From Octopus bimaculoides (Eukaryota): a stretch of 64,000 bases of DNA. Below are positions 49,622 to 62,096 of this stretch, piece by piece. Under the pieces are notes generated by a model that was given only the letters and a program-made list of their open reading frames with translations, was not told the origin of the DNA and searched no databases. How positions within the stretch are numbered: the stretch's first letter is position 1; every line of letters starts with the position of its first letter. The DNA lies in contig NC_068982.1 in the NCBI RefSeq assembly GCF_001194135.2, positions 86,911,994-86,975,993 of the forward strand, given 5' to 3'. A program made the position numbers and the translations under genes.

Positions 49622-52090
49622 TCGAATTTAAGAGTTATATATATATGTACACGCACACACACGGAATTTGGAAAACTCTAATTATACCACAAACAGTAGA
49701 ATATTAATTCCCTCTGCTCATCGAAGCTGCACCGACCGTTTTTCATGATGTCAACAACGCAATGTTGATATCAATGAATCATCAAAACATGACCGGTGAG
49801 AAATAGTTAAGTTTCCATTAAATCTCACCCTAACACCATGAAAAAGATCGAAGACTGCATTAAAAACAGTAATATAAGATATACTTAATTATTGGTGCCG
49901 AAGAAGACGTTGAAGCGTTTATGATCATAGGTACTCAGTCGAGATTTGGGTCTAAAAGTTAATTGGTATCACATCAAAATGCCCCACGTTCGTACTCAAA
50001 CTCGGTACTGTACGGCACCAAGTTATATAGCAGCAGAATATAACTTCGATTTGCTTAGCATCTCAAAGTCTTCCATTGGGCCGTACCAACATGATACTAC
50101 ATGGAACTATATATTAAATATAATGATCAGAAAACAGACAGTTCTTGTATCACCAATATCAATTGCAGTTGTTGCAGCAGTTATACTTACAGCAACAGTA
50201 ATAGTAGCAGCAGCAGTGGTATTCGTAACCGAGCAGTAGCACCGTTAGGGTGCAATATTGCAGTTCTAGTTTTATCAATATCATTCCTCGTCAATGTGTT
50301 TATTATTAATTTTTCATAAATTTTCTTCTATGGTTGGAAAATAGTTTTTACCAGTCCATGTTTGTATGTATGTATGTATGTATGTATGTATGTATGTATG
50401 TATGTATGTATGTTCTGATGTATGTATGTTGTTTTAAAAACAATTTCCACTCTTATTTGTATAAACATTGTTTCCCGAAAATTTCACTTGTATATTATTT
50501 GAGTTATCTCGTGCTTGTTGATTTCAGATTTGAAACGCCCTAGAGGGAGTTTTTGTTTACTAATTGGAGGGATAATTACACTTAATTGAAGCTTTCCAAC
50601 CAAAAATGTATGCCGAACACTTACCTGAGGTATTTCTCCTCAACCCTGTAGCTAATAATCGGAGGTCCTAGAGGACCAAATTTTAGATACTTCAGCTATC
50701 CATATTTTTGTTTCTTGTTCAAATACATTGTCACTGGTTACTGAGTTACATAGTTCATTTTCGTTTCGTTTGAAATTCATTATAAATAGATTTGACTCCA
50801 TATATTTATTTATTTATAATTCACGCTGTATCGACACTCCTATAGATAATATACTAACAGTTAGTAGTAATTGTTGATAATGATAGATTAAACAAATTGA
50901 TAGTCTGGTATCTAGTTTCGATATCTTTCATTAGAGTTTGAATCCCATAAAATTCAAATTAGAAATATATCGACGTAGGCATTGAAATTAAACGATCACA
51001 GTCCGAAGCAGGAAAAAAAAAAAAAAAGATTTCTATTTTGTTTTGTTTTGGTGAAGTAGATTAACAGAAAATATTAAGACTTTTTGTTGTCAAATAATTT
51101 ACTTTATCTGGCTAAGATTTCTTTTATGATAAGAAAGACAAGCAGTCAATGGAAATTCAGTGGAATTTTATTAAATGATTGGCACAATCGTTCTAGAGCG
51201 GTCTGCATGTGGTGACATTTTTCCTTTTTAAATTGTAACAATGCAGACTTAACCGGAGCTTGATTTGCTAGTCAACAGACAATATTACTTCCAGCTGAAT
51301 TTGGTTGCTTTTAATGACCACTTTACTCAGCTTTAAAAAGTCTAAAAATCTTGAAATATTCTTATTTCTCAAACATATATAATCCTTAATACTGATGACC
51401 ATCTCTATTTAGAAGGGCATCCTTTTTCAGGTATTCTCGGAATATACTAAGCTTCTTCGCCCTAATCTCTTTTATCAGCGACATCAATATCATTCATTCT
51501 CATTCGAGAATTTCACCAATGCTCTTCTTGCTTGAAAATAATTAATTCAGATCTTTATTAGTGAAGCAGTAGGCTGCTCACATCTTTGCAAGTGAAGTTG
51601 TACTCAAAAGTCTAAGCCACCAACCTGTTTCTTGTCCATTGAAATCTGCTCTGGTATCTGCTAAGTATTCATGACTTGTCAACTGTTTCTGTATAGTCAT
51701 GCGTCGTTTAGGAGACATTGGCATTGTTATAATTCTTACTAGCCCTTATAATGATTGCTTAGAGTCAACAGAACAAATTTTCGATTATATGTATAATATA
51801 GTATTAGAGTTATACGATATGATTCAGACAAGCAATTTAGGCAACAAAATAACAGCCGATCATAGTAATTGTTTAAAAGTATGAAGCTTCGATGGTCGTG
51901 AATGAAAAATTGGTCATAGAATTACTCAATCAGGCATGGACACAGCAGATATTGGTTACTTAAAACACATGCGATAGAAGCGAAATAGGGGTTGATAAAT
52001 AGATAAATAATGTCTATATCATGAGATAATCAAAAATTGAATACTAAAAGAGGTAAGCGAGGTAAAGTGAGATGGATGTGTGTGGTTTAC

Positions 52091-52092
<2 letters not shown>

Positions 52093-52134
<42 letters not shown>

Positions 52135-52169
52135 GTAATAATAATAATAATGATAATAATAATAATGAA

Positions 52170-52250
<81 letters not shown>
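52093..52250. repeat. (AAT)n microsatellite
   Basis: Directly visible. Confidence 0.95.
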
Positions 52251-52252
<2 letters not shown>

Positions 52253-53145
52253 ATGGATAAGTGAATGTTTGAGTATATTCAGTATAGCAGACAACATAAG
52301 AGAATTAATTAACTTCAGCATGAAAAAATGGAAAGTAGTTCTCTACTCAGGTGACACAGTCTTAGGGAAAGTTAACATCAAGAGAGGAATTTTCCAAGGA
52401 GACTCATTATCCCCTTTAATATTTGTCATATGTTTGATCCTTCTCAATTTAGTATTAAGGAAGGCAAAAGCAGGGTATCAGTTCAGAAATAGTAAGGGAA
52501 AAATTAACTATTTGCTCTACATAGATGGTCTGAAGCTTTTTAGCAAGAAAGAAAAAGAGATAGGTTCTTTAATACAGACTGTAAGATTCTTCAGCAAAGA
52601 TATAGGCATGGAATTTGGCATAGACAAATGTGCAATATTAGTCATGAGAAGGGGACAGGTAGTCAGCAGTGAAGGCATTCAGTTAGCAGATGGCTAGACA
52701 TTAAAATCATTGAAAGGAGGAGAGAGTTATAAGTATCTAGGAGTATTAGAATCTGTCAGAGTACTAACTATAGAAATGAAAACGAAAATTGAGAAGGAAT
52801 ACATTAGAAAAGTGAGGAAACTAATGAAGTCAATGCTAAATGGTCCGAATCTAGTGAAGACTGTAAATATTTGGGCAGTATCATTATTTAGATACTCAGC
52901 AGTTCTTATAGATTGGACAAAAACTGAATTAGTAAAGCTAGATAGAAGAACTAGGAAGGAAATCAATATGAATGGAGGACTCCACTCATGAGCAGGAGTA
53001 GCAAGATTATACTGACCTAGAAAGGCAGGTGGAAGAAGGTTAATATCAGTAGATGACTGCGTGGAGTTAGCTAGAGTAGATATAGACTCTTATGTAGGTA
53101 ATAGAGAAGAAATTTTATTAAAAGCCGCAAGAGTCACAGCATGAC
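52251..53145 (+). mobile_element. R4/Dong-type LINE RT fragment, 5'-truncated at (AAT)n
   Basis: WISECLSIF, RGIFQGDSLSPLIFV, LLYIDGLKLF, GMEFGIDKCA, YKYLGV, LDRRTRKEINMNGGLH, GGRRLISV. Confidence 0.85.
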
Positions 53146-53149
53146 ATAG

Positions 53150-54228
53150 GGAAACCAAGTAAGTCTAGTATTTATTCTATCGGTCTCTTTTACCGAACCT
53201 CTAATTACGGGGACGTAAACACCAACATCGGTTGTCAAGCGATGGTGCGGGGACAAACACAGACACACAGACATATATATATATATATACATATANNNNN
53301 NNNNNNNNNNNNNNNNNNNNNNNNNNNNNNNNNNNNNNNNNNNNNNNNNNNNNNNNNNNNNNNNNNNNNNNNNNNNNNNNNNNNNNNNNNNNNNNNNNNN
53401 NNNNNNNNNNNNNNNNNNNNNNNNNNNNNNNNNNNNNNNNNNNNNNNNNNNNNNNNNNNNNNNNNNNNNNNNNNNNNNNNNNNNNNNNNNNNNNNNNNNN
53501 NNNNNNNNNNNNNNNNNNNNNNNNNNNNNNNNNNNNNNNNNNNNNNNNNNNNNNNNNNNNNNNNNNNNNNNNNNNNNNNNNNNNNNNNNNNNNNNNNNNN
53601 NNNNNNNNNNNNNNNNNNNNNNNNNNNNNNNNNNNNNNNNNNNNNNNNNNNNNNNNNNNNNNNNNNNNNNNNNNNNNNNNNNNNNNNNNNNNNNNNNNNN
53701 NNNNNNNNNNNNNNNNNNNNNNNNNNNNNNNNNNNNNNNTCTTCTTTCAGTTTCCGTCTACCAAATCTACTCACAAGGCTTTGGTCAGCCCGAGGCTATA
53801 GTAGAAGACACTTGCCCAAGGTGCCACGCAGTAGGACTGAACTCGGAACCATGTGGTTGGTAAGCAAGCTACTTACCACACAGCCACTCTTGCGCCTATA
53901 TATATATATGACGGGCTTCTTCCAGTTTCCGTCTACCAAATCCACTCACAGGGCTTTGGTCGGCATGAGGTTATAGCAGAAGATACTTGCACAAGGTGCC
54001 ACGCGGTGGGATTAAACCCGGAACCATGTGGCTGGGAAGCAAGCTTCTTACCACATAGCCACGCCGAGTTTCCTCCAGTTTTCTTCTTCCAAATCCACTA
54101 ACAAAGGGTCGGTCAATACGGAGTTATAGAAGAAAGATACTTGCCCAAGGTGGAATTGAACCCAAGACCACATGGTTATGATGCAATCTTCTCAACGAGG
54201 CAATCATGCCTGCACTTTTTTATACATG

Positions 54229-54260
<32 letters not shown>

Positions 54261-54440
54261 CACACACACACTCACATGTATGTATGTATGTATAAGTTCA
54301 CTTTGTAATCACGTAATTTCAGGTTCAGTCCCACTGCACAGCATCTTCGGCAAGCGTCCATTAATATAGCCCTGGGCTGACCAATGTCTTTTGAGTGAAT
54401 TTGACGTGTGGTAGCCTGTCATGTGGTAGCCTGTCGTGTG
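53150..54440. mobile_element. Cluster of SINE copies and tandem SINE heads
   Basis: Minus-strand pieces at 53150-53290 and 53740-54180; plus-strand head at ~54290-54440. Confidence 0.7.
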
Positions 54441-56069
54441 TGTGTATGTCTTTGTGTGTGCTCGCGCGCGAGTGTGTGTGGTCGGGAGGAGAAGCAGTTA
54501 TGGGTGCTTCAGAGGAATTTAGAGTGTAAAAAAAAAGAGAGAAAAAGAGAGAAAGAGAGAGAACGCAAGGAGAAAGAAAAAGAGTGAGGGAGAGAGAGAG
54601 AGAGAGAGGGAGAGAGAGAGAGAGCGCAAACTAGAGTAAGTGAGCAACAGCAACTGAGAGCAAGAAAAGAAAATTAATGTTGCAGGCTGGGTAAATTTGA
54701 GAGAGAGAAAAAGGAAATCCGGAAAACAGAGCAATAAAGAAAAAAAGAAAGCAATTGAAATGAATGAATGAATGAATGAATGAATGAATGAATGAATGAG
54801 AAAAGAAAGTAAACGATGAAAGTATATAATGTCCATTGTGGGAAACGGTATTTTCCACGAATTCGATAGTATTTTCCAGTTCTGACGCTAGTCACTGTCA
54901 TCAATGACGTATTTTCATTGGAAAACACGTCAATTGGAATCTCTATGTAAGTGGAGTCAGGTGACTTAATCAATGCAGTCATAACAAACGTAGATAGCTA
55001 ATATTGATTTTATTTATTCTAAAAGCAAAACCACATTAAATAGTTTTCTCTGATATCTGTTTATTATATGTTTTGTTTTATCTTTGTTGGTATCGCATAA
55101 AATGATGAATTTATGCTATAGAAACAGACTTTTATTCCATTCAACCATTTTCTAGTTTTAAGTTGGTTAGTTGTTTCCTTTTTGTGTTTGCTACAAAACC
55201 CATGGTTAGGCTTTCGTGGTCGGAATTATTTCTGATGACAATTCTTTTTTGCTTCGATTCCCCACCCCACCCCGCCAATATGCACACACAAACCCGATGT
55301 GTATTATTATACGCATGTTCTTATATGCATATTAATGTGTAAAAAAATAGATTCTTTAACAAGAAGTAAATATCAGGAATATCTGTGGATGAATTTGTAA
55401 TAAGGGTTCGTAAAAAGTGATTTGCGACAGTGCAGAACGAAAACAGTAAAATAGACCAGCAACAATTGGTGTTGTTTCAAGGAATTCTTTTAAAGAACAG
55501 GGAAGAGTGAATTTTAACCCGATTAACCGGATGATTTTGTTGTGAAAAGAAGATCAAGTTTAATGATATATACTATTTGCATCTATCCAGTACTTTCGAC
55601 ATGAAAATAATATAGATTTTGATATAAACAAATTAAACGTGTTGAAATTTTGTATGTACCTGCAATGGAAACTAATAATATAATTGTAAAAAATTTTAAT
55701 GAACTACCTTCATACATTTAGATGTTTCTTACCAGAGAGATCTTTCATGCCAGTTGGATCAAACCAGTACCTGTCGTGCAGATACTGGTTCTCCCCCATG
55801 AGCAAGAATCCCTTCGACTAAAGTCAGAGATTATTTATAGTCTAAATTTTAGACTATAAATAATCTTTGACTTTAGATTCAAAATGATGATGGACACTGG
55901 TATTTACTATCTTTTTCAGTGTAAGGTTTACATCTTTCCTACTGTTATTCATTCATTCACCTCCTTTTCCTTTGTGAGTTAGATTGTTTCTCTTTTCGTT
56001 CACAGGATTGATTTCATTGTTCACTCTTAAGGAAGGGGTAAAATGGGGGAAATAACACAATAATAGACG

Positions 56070-56097
56070 AATGAATGAATGAATGAATGAATGAATG

Positions 56098-56162
<65 letters not shown>
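56070..56162. repeat. (AATG)n/(AAT)n microsatellite
   Basis: Directly visible; also (AATG)n at ~54760-54797. Confidence 0.95.
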
Positions 56163-56164
<2 letters not shown>

Positions 56165-56199
56165 AAAAAAACATCGCTAATGACTGGAGAGAAATAAAG

Positions 56200-57840
56200 T
56201 TCATTGTGAAAAAGGAAATGGGATTTGAATAAGAAAGTTTCAACGTATTCCAAGCTGCATTTTGTAAGAGAGCTGTTATTTTTAATCTTGTCTTTCTAGG
56301 TAATATCTCTAACACACAGGCATTTCACACGGAAGCTCTCAAAATCTCTACTAGCTTCCTTTATGAAGTCCAAACCTCCAAGCCATACAATAGTGGAGAT
56401 ATTTTTGCTATCGTGTAGACATTCATTTTGGGCTCAAGGGATACAACATAAGAGTTCTACAAGCGACAAGGATAGTTACTGAAATCTGTACTGACTTTTG
56501 CAGTCTGCATTGATTTCTTGTCATCCAACGCATCTCTTTGCTAAGTATGTGAAAAATCTGTCCAATGATGAAGATATGACACAGAATTGCTTGGTCTGCA
56601 GTAGCACATAATTGGAAGAGTTACCCTGTCTTTAGAAAATTACAATCATAATTCCGTATACAACCACATTGATTTCCATGGATACAATGTCAACAAGATG
56701 ATTATGAATAAAGTCTATCAATGTTTCCGCAAAGCTACATTGTAATGCCACCTCTAATTTATTGTAGGGAAGATTCACAGAATCGTCTTTTGTCAGAACA
56801 TGAGATTTCTACTTAACTGAACACCATCATACATATACAATTATCACGGGATTCTATCAGTACCAGATGCCTTGCCATTCAACAGATGAAGAATATGACT
56901 TCGACAAATGTAATATCAGCAAAGTGGCAAAGAATTTTATAACTGAGAATTTCTTCACGAAAGAAGTTTTATCATCCGCTGTCAGAAAGGGTGTGTCTCG
57001 GTCGATCCTGTGTTGCAATGGAAGCCTCTCACATTATGGATATTAAGCTGACTTTTCAGCTTCAGGTCTCTTGATCAGGTTTTCTTTAAAGGTGCAAAAC
57101 CTCTTACGATTCTGAAGCGCTTTATTTGATATAAGGAATTTCTGTCATGACCCAGATACTTGAGGGTACTGTAAACTATACCAAAGTGGTTGTTATTGTT
57201 CAGCATGAATTCTGATCTGATTGCGTCGATTTGCGTAGTTAAAAGGCTTCACATCTGTGATTATCCCATAATTTCTTAAGCATTGTGTTTGCCCGTCACT
57301 TTTTAAGATGGTAAGAAGCGGTTTAACGGAAAGGGATCTGTTATTTGTAGCATACGAAATAAAAATGTACACGTTCATTCAATACCTTGACTTTAGCCGT
57401 GGGTCTGCATGGAACAATTCCTGATTTTTGTCGAAGAAAATCCAATATATTCAAGTCAGTGTCCATTTATCCTCCGACTGAGACAAATGGTCAAACTTTT
57501 CCATATGTCTGGACGCATTCTAGAGATAGTGGGCAATTGGAACGGCATCTCGGATACTGGCTGGAATATCCTACTCAGAAGATTCTATATGACCAACAGA
57601 TACAGACTAAATTCTCCGAATGTGTTAATGGAGACTTGGTCATCCAGGTCGTATTTAGATGGAGTATTTATTAACTCAGCGGATGGTATCCAGAATTTCG
57701 ACTCATCGGTTATACATTCGATAAGTTAATGGTTAGCAATCAAGCTGAAGAAGACGCATATACAGGAGCTCTTTTATTGGAAGCTGAATACACGTTCCCT
57801 GGAATGACCATTCGAGAAATTAGAAACCTTTCCTCTCCGA
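56200..57840 (-). mobile_element. Very decayed RTE LINE
   Basis: SPLLYGLEVWT, ESFRVKCL...DIT*KDKIKN, LNGKASGTDRIP, TPFLTAD; weak APE-like traces at 57400-57840. Confidence 0.55.
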
Positions 57841-57848
57841 GAGACGTT

Positions 57849-58432
57849 GGATCTTTTTTAAAACGGGGGCCACATTTTTCATTAATGTTTTACGTAGTGT
57901 TTTTGGTACGGGAAGACTTTCAAACTTCGTATACTTATCTATTTTGTGTTATAGAACAGAAAAATATTTTTGTATTCGAATTTATTTCATGTAAAAAATT
58001 GTCTTATTTCGATAATTTCAACCAATCACTGACGTCCATTCAGTCGATATACATTAAGTGCCGACTACATAAACAAACGATTCTTCGTTTTATTTGCTTT
58101 TTTCATTTTAAATTTGCTTTAACCCTAACCCTAACCCTAACCCTAACCCTAACCCTAGGGTTAGGGTTAGAGTTAGGGTTAGGGTTAGGATTAATTGTTT
58201 CAGAATCGTTTGTTTATGTAGTCGGCACTTAATGTATATCAGCTGAATGGACGTCAGTGATTGGTTGAAATTACAGAAATACGACAACTTTAACATGGAA
58301 TAATTTATGGATTTCTTTTTTTTTAAAGAAGACTAAGAGAAAAAGATGTTTTATATGACACATTCTACCAGTGTTCCAAGTTTCAAAGTGTTTCGTTAAT
58401 GAAAAATGTGGCCCCCGTTTTAAAAAAGATCC
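57849..58432. mobile_element. 584-bp MITE with 8-bp TSD, 37-bp TIR, inner inverted repeat and central inverted telomeric arrays
   Basis: TSD GAGACGTT at 57841-57848 and 58433-58440; TIR GGATCTTTTTTAAAACGGGGGCCACATTTTTCATTAA; inner arms 58013-58084 / 58202-58273; (TAACCC)6 joined to ~(TTAGGG)5 at 58120-58190. Confidence 0.9.
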
Positions 58433-59129
58433 GAGACGTTTCCTATCACTAAATTAACTTCGCAAACACGGGCATTGTCATCATTTTAAACAAGTCAACT
58501 TGACTAGGAAAATCGTTTAGTTTATTTGAATGCGTTTGCTAAACTTTCAAAATCGGTATCTGAGAGTAATGTGATCACATATTTCTTTAGAAAATATGAC
58601 GAAGCTGAGTTTCATTTAAATTTATCTCACTAAAATTTCACGTGAGAAGCTGCCTTTATAAATAGGAAAATATTTGCATATGTAACTTCAATGGCTATTT
58701 TGTTTCTAACTTAATTACTTTGTTCAATTTCAATTACTATCAGGAAACAGATCTTATTTCGTTGTCGTTTTTATTTTGTAATTATTGACATTATTATCAA
58801 AATTGTTGTTGCTGTCATTAATTTTAAGGATAAATAACCCTCTAAAATAACAAAAAAATTCTCGACTACTTGAATCTACTATTATTCGGTTTCGAATCCT
58901 GGTTATAGCTGTATCATTTTCACTTATGCCATTTAAAAAACACAAACTTTACAATGTTGTTTCTTCTCGTTTGGAGTGTCCTTTTTTTTTCATATCCAAT
59001 ATGGTACCTAGTTGTTCTGTGTTGATATCTCCCAAGACCAGAATTTGATTTCATTTCACCTTATCGGTAAAATTTCACCTTATCGGTAAAATTTCACCTT
59101 ATCGATTCCTTTCCCCTAAAAGAACTGAT

Positions 59130-59624
59130 CTAGTGTTTGTTTTCCGAAAAGTAATATTGAACGAATTTGTTAATTTGTTTTAAACTATGGCACAATATTC
59201 TAATGGTATTTATATAACTTTATGCTATAGGTTCTTCAGCTCTCTGGCAATTAATATTAATTTTCTATATGCAGATGTATTATACATTAGCCTATGCCCT
59301 TGCAGATGAAGATGATTTAATTCAAAAGAGTCAGAAGTAGCCATGATTGGTAGTCCTATGGAAATTCTAAACGAGCTGGTCGCCTATTTTCTTTCCTTTC
59401 CTTTTTTTTTCTCTCCATCTTTCTTTCTTTGAAAATTTGAGAGGCGTTCCATTCTAGTGTTTGTTTTCCGAAAAGTAATATTGAACGAATTTGTTAATTT
59501 GTTTTAAACTATGGCACAATATTCTAATGGTATTTATATAACTTTATGCTATAGGTTCTTCAGCTCTCTGGCAATTAATATTAATTTTCTATATGCAGAT
59601 GTATTATACATTAGCCTATGCCCT
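59130..59624 (+). repeat. Identical 171-bp direct duplication (59130-59300 and 59454-59624)
   Basis: No mismatch found by eye. Confidence 0.9.
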
Positions 59625-60306
59625 ATGCTGATTTTTTTTTACTTCAAAACACTCCCTTCCTCCAAAAGAGTATAATTTACGCATAGTAAAGATTTAGCGA
59701 TAGAGTGTAGAGTGTAGGCAATTAGAGTGTAGAGTGAAGGCAATTAGAGTGTAGAGTGTAGGCAATTAGAGTGTAGAGAGAGATAAATGCTAAACTGTCA
59801 AGGGTTTTGGTAATGACGTAGCAAGAGATGGAAGAAGCGAAGATAACCCTCGAATACTTTGTTGACATTAAATACAATGTCAACGCAAAGAGATTATAAG
59901 TGTATATTTTTGTTGTGACTTCTGATGGACAGTCTCATGTGCAATTCTGAATTATGGAACCAGTTTGGCAAGTATGCTAATGACTAACACTTTTCAGCAC
60001 CATTTGGTACCACAGATTCTAATTTAGAGTTGTATTTAGCTAATGTTTCTGTAAACTTTCTTTCTCGATTAATTTTACTGCAGAATCTAACATAATCAAA
60101 AAATAAACTAGTGTTTCAAAATATCCAGTGATATGAAATAACATTTAAACTACATTTTTGTACGTAAAATGAAAGGCAAAGAAACATTAAACAGTGTAGT
60201 GAACTCGGTTCGTTGGAATTTAACTTTTAATCTATGATAATAGAATGTAGAGAAACGAAATTTTTTTTTTTGCTCTCCACTGCTTTTGAACTACTTAAAC
60301 CAGATA

Positions 60307-60383
60307 CAGGGTGCGGCAGAAAAGTTGCTGAGATTTCAAATTATTAACTTTTGAAATCGGGGCAATCTTTCTGCCGCACCCTG
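60307..60383. mobile_element. 77-bp mariner/maT-derived mini-MITE, TA TSD
   Basis: TA|CAGGGTGCGGCAGAAA...TTTCTGCCGCACCCTG|TA. Confidence 0.85.
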
Positions 60384-61241
60384 TATGTACAATGAGAAAC
60401 ATCGAACATCCAATCGTCTGCAGTTCCATGTGGGTGTTAGTGTCTGTTGTGATTCATGTCTATAAACCTGTTCTCATCCATTGTTTCAATTTCCCAGGTT
60501 TCATAAGTAATTATTTAAATTTAATATCATAGTTGTTATTTTTGACAAGACATACAACTAAAGACGCACTTATCTGTTGAATCAACGAGCCAACAGGGGT
60601 CCTCCACGCTGTTACAAGGCCTGCAGGAAATAGCAGCCAACTCTATTAAAATCACACTCTACTGTCTTAAATATAGGAGGATACACTGGACAACATAAAG
60701 TCTCATAACTCACTTTTGATTATAACTCACTTTTGATCAATCAGGATTGATCAGGAATAAACAATAATAGCGATGAAAAGGACAACTTAAATATTTTCCT
60801 GGTGATAAATTTATCGACTCTGGATGTTGCAAGACTAAATAAACCATTTAAATTTTAGACAAAATATAAAAGACTGTGAGAGGAACACTTCGTCATACAT
60901 TACTTGTTAACAGGGCTGGACAACATATTGTCTGAGAATGCTGTGTGCGATAGATTAGTTTCATATTCATAGCGAGATTTATCATTCATCTGCTTCATGT
61001 TATGAAATCAAAACTAAGCACCAACTGTCAAGATATCCTCTGGGCCTCAGTGACATTTAATAGTGTGTAACCTATTGATTTCCTATTTCTGTAACAATTC
61101 GACATATGAAAATGTGTTCAAGTCTAAAATATAATGCGACGTCATATGCATTTAGACTAGGACAGTAAATATTTCCTCTTCTTACTTTTTGTTAACGACA
61201 CTTATTTTAACAAAATAGCAAAGATAATATTAAGAATATAT

Positions 61242-62096
61242 TGTTACGAACGCCCGCACGCGAAGCACCTCGCCGAAGAGAAAACTCTCGCGCGCGCGAA
61301 CGTCGACGCTCAGTAAGTCGGGATGTTCGCCACGACTACTAAGCCCAGCCGGAGCACGTAACGATGACAACAGGCAAAAGGTGGAAGAAATAACACGGAG
61401 ACCATACGTTGGGTAGTGGAACTAACTTTTTCTTTCTTTACATCACAAACAATACATCATCATCATCAAAATAAAACATTGCATAACAATTCAAATAACA
61501 TTTAACAAAGGTTTCAGAACATTGCATAATCACAAGTTTACAATCAAGAGTTCGTATATAAAGTCAATTAAAAGTTCTTTCACTTCGTTGTTTTTCTTTT
61601 CTTTTCCACCAGTTAACATCACGCAAAAGTTAACAGTTCTTTTAACATCATGTAACGACAAGTACATTTTTCTTTGAAGAATATTTACACAAACCTTCAC
61701 CGCAAGAATTTCCTTTCCTTCAAAGTTCCCACTACAATCCAAAAGAAGTGACCAACTACAATCTTTTTTGCCTGTCACACAGTTCCATCTCTCTGTCCCC
61801 CTCTCTCTCTCTCTCTCTCTCTGAGACTCTATGCATTTCTGCTGACTCGTACCTGCTGACCATAGGTTCTCTCTCTCAGCCTCTTTCTGTTAGTCTCTCT
61901 GTTCATCTTCACTGGCTCTACTGGCCTTCACATCAACTGCTGTACATCTTCACTGGCTGACGTTCTTCATCCAACTGCTTGTCCGCCAACTGCCGTACGC
62001 CAACTGCTCTGGCCAACTCCTTGATACCAACTGCTCTGGTCAACCGCTCGCGCCAACTGCTCACGCCAACTCCCGTCCCCAAATCTCGCTGTCACA
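61242..62096 (-). mobile_element. LTR-like unit (possible solo LTR)
   Basis: TGTTACGA...CTGTCACA ends (TG...CA on both strands), CpG-rich ends, 855 bp; no clean TSD, PBS or PPT found. Confidence 0.4.

Noticed and set aside
55730-55815. 85-nt open minus-strand exon (SKGFLLMGENQYLHDRYWFDPTGMKDLS) with GTAAGA donor
   Set aside because: The sequence resembles a diverged SINE body (TTAGTCGA...CCAGTA...GGTACT...ATGAAAG); no independent support.
303-56315. Low-complexity ORFs (poly-SIYL, CV, HT, L, I, N, Y) and X-containing ORFs
   Set aside because: Microsatellite or gap read-through.
58120-58190. Chromosome end-to-end fusion scar
   Set aside because: The arrays are short and enclosed by TIRs and an 8-bp TSD, so they arrived with a transposon.
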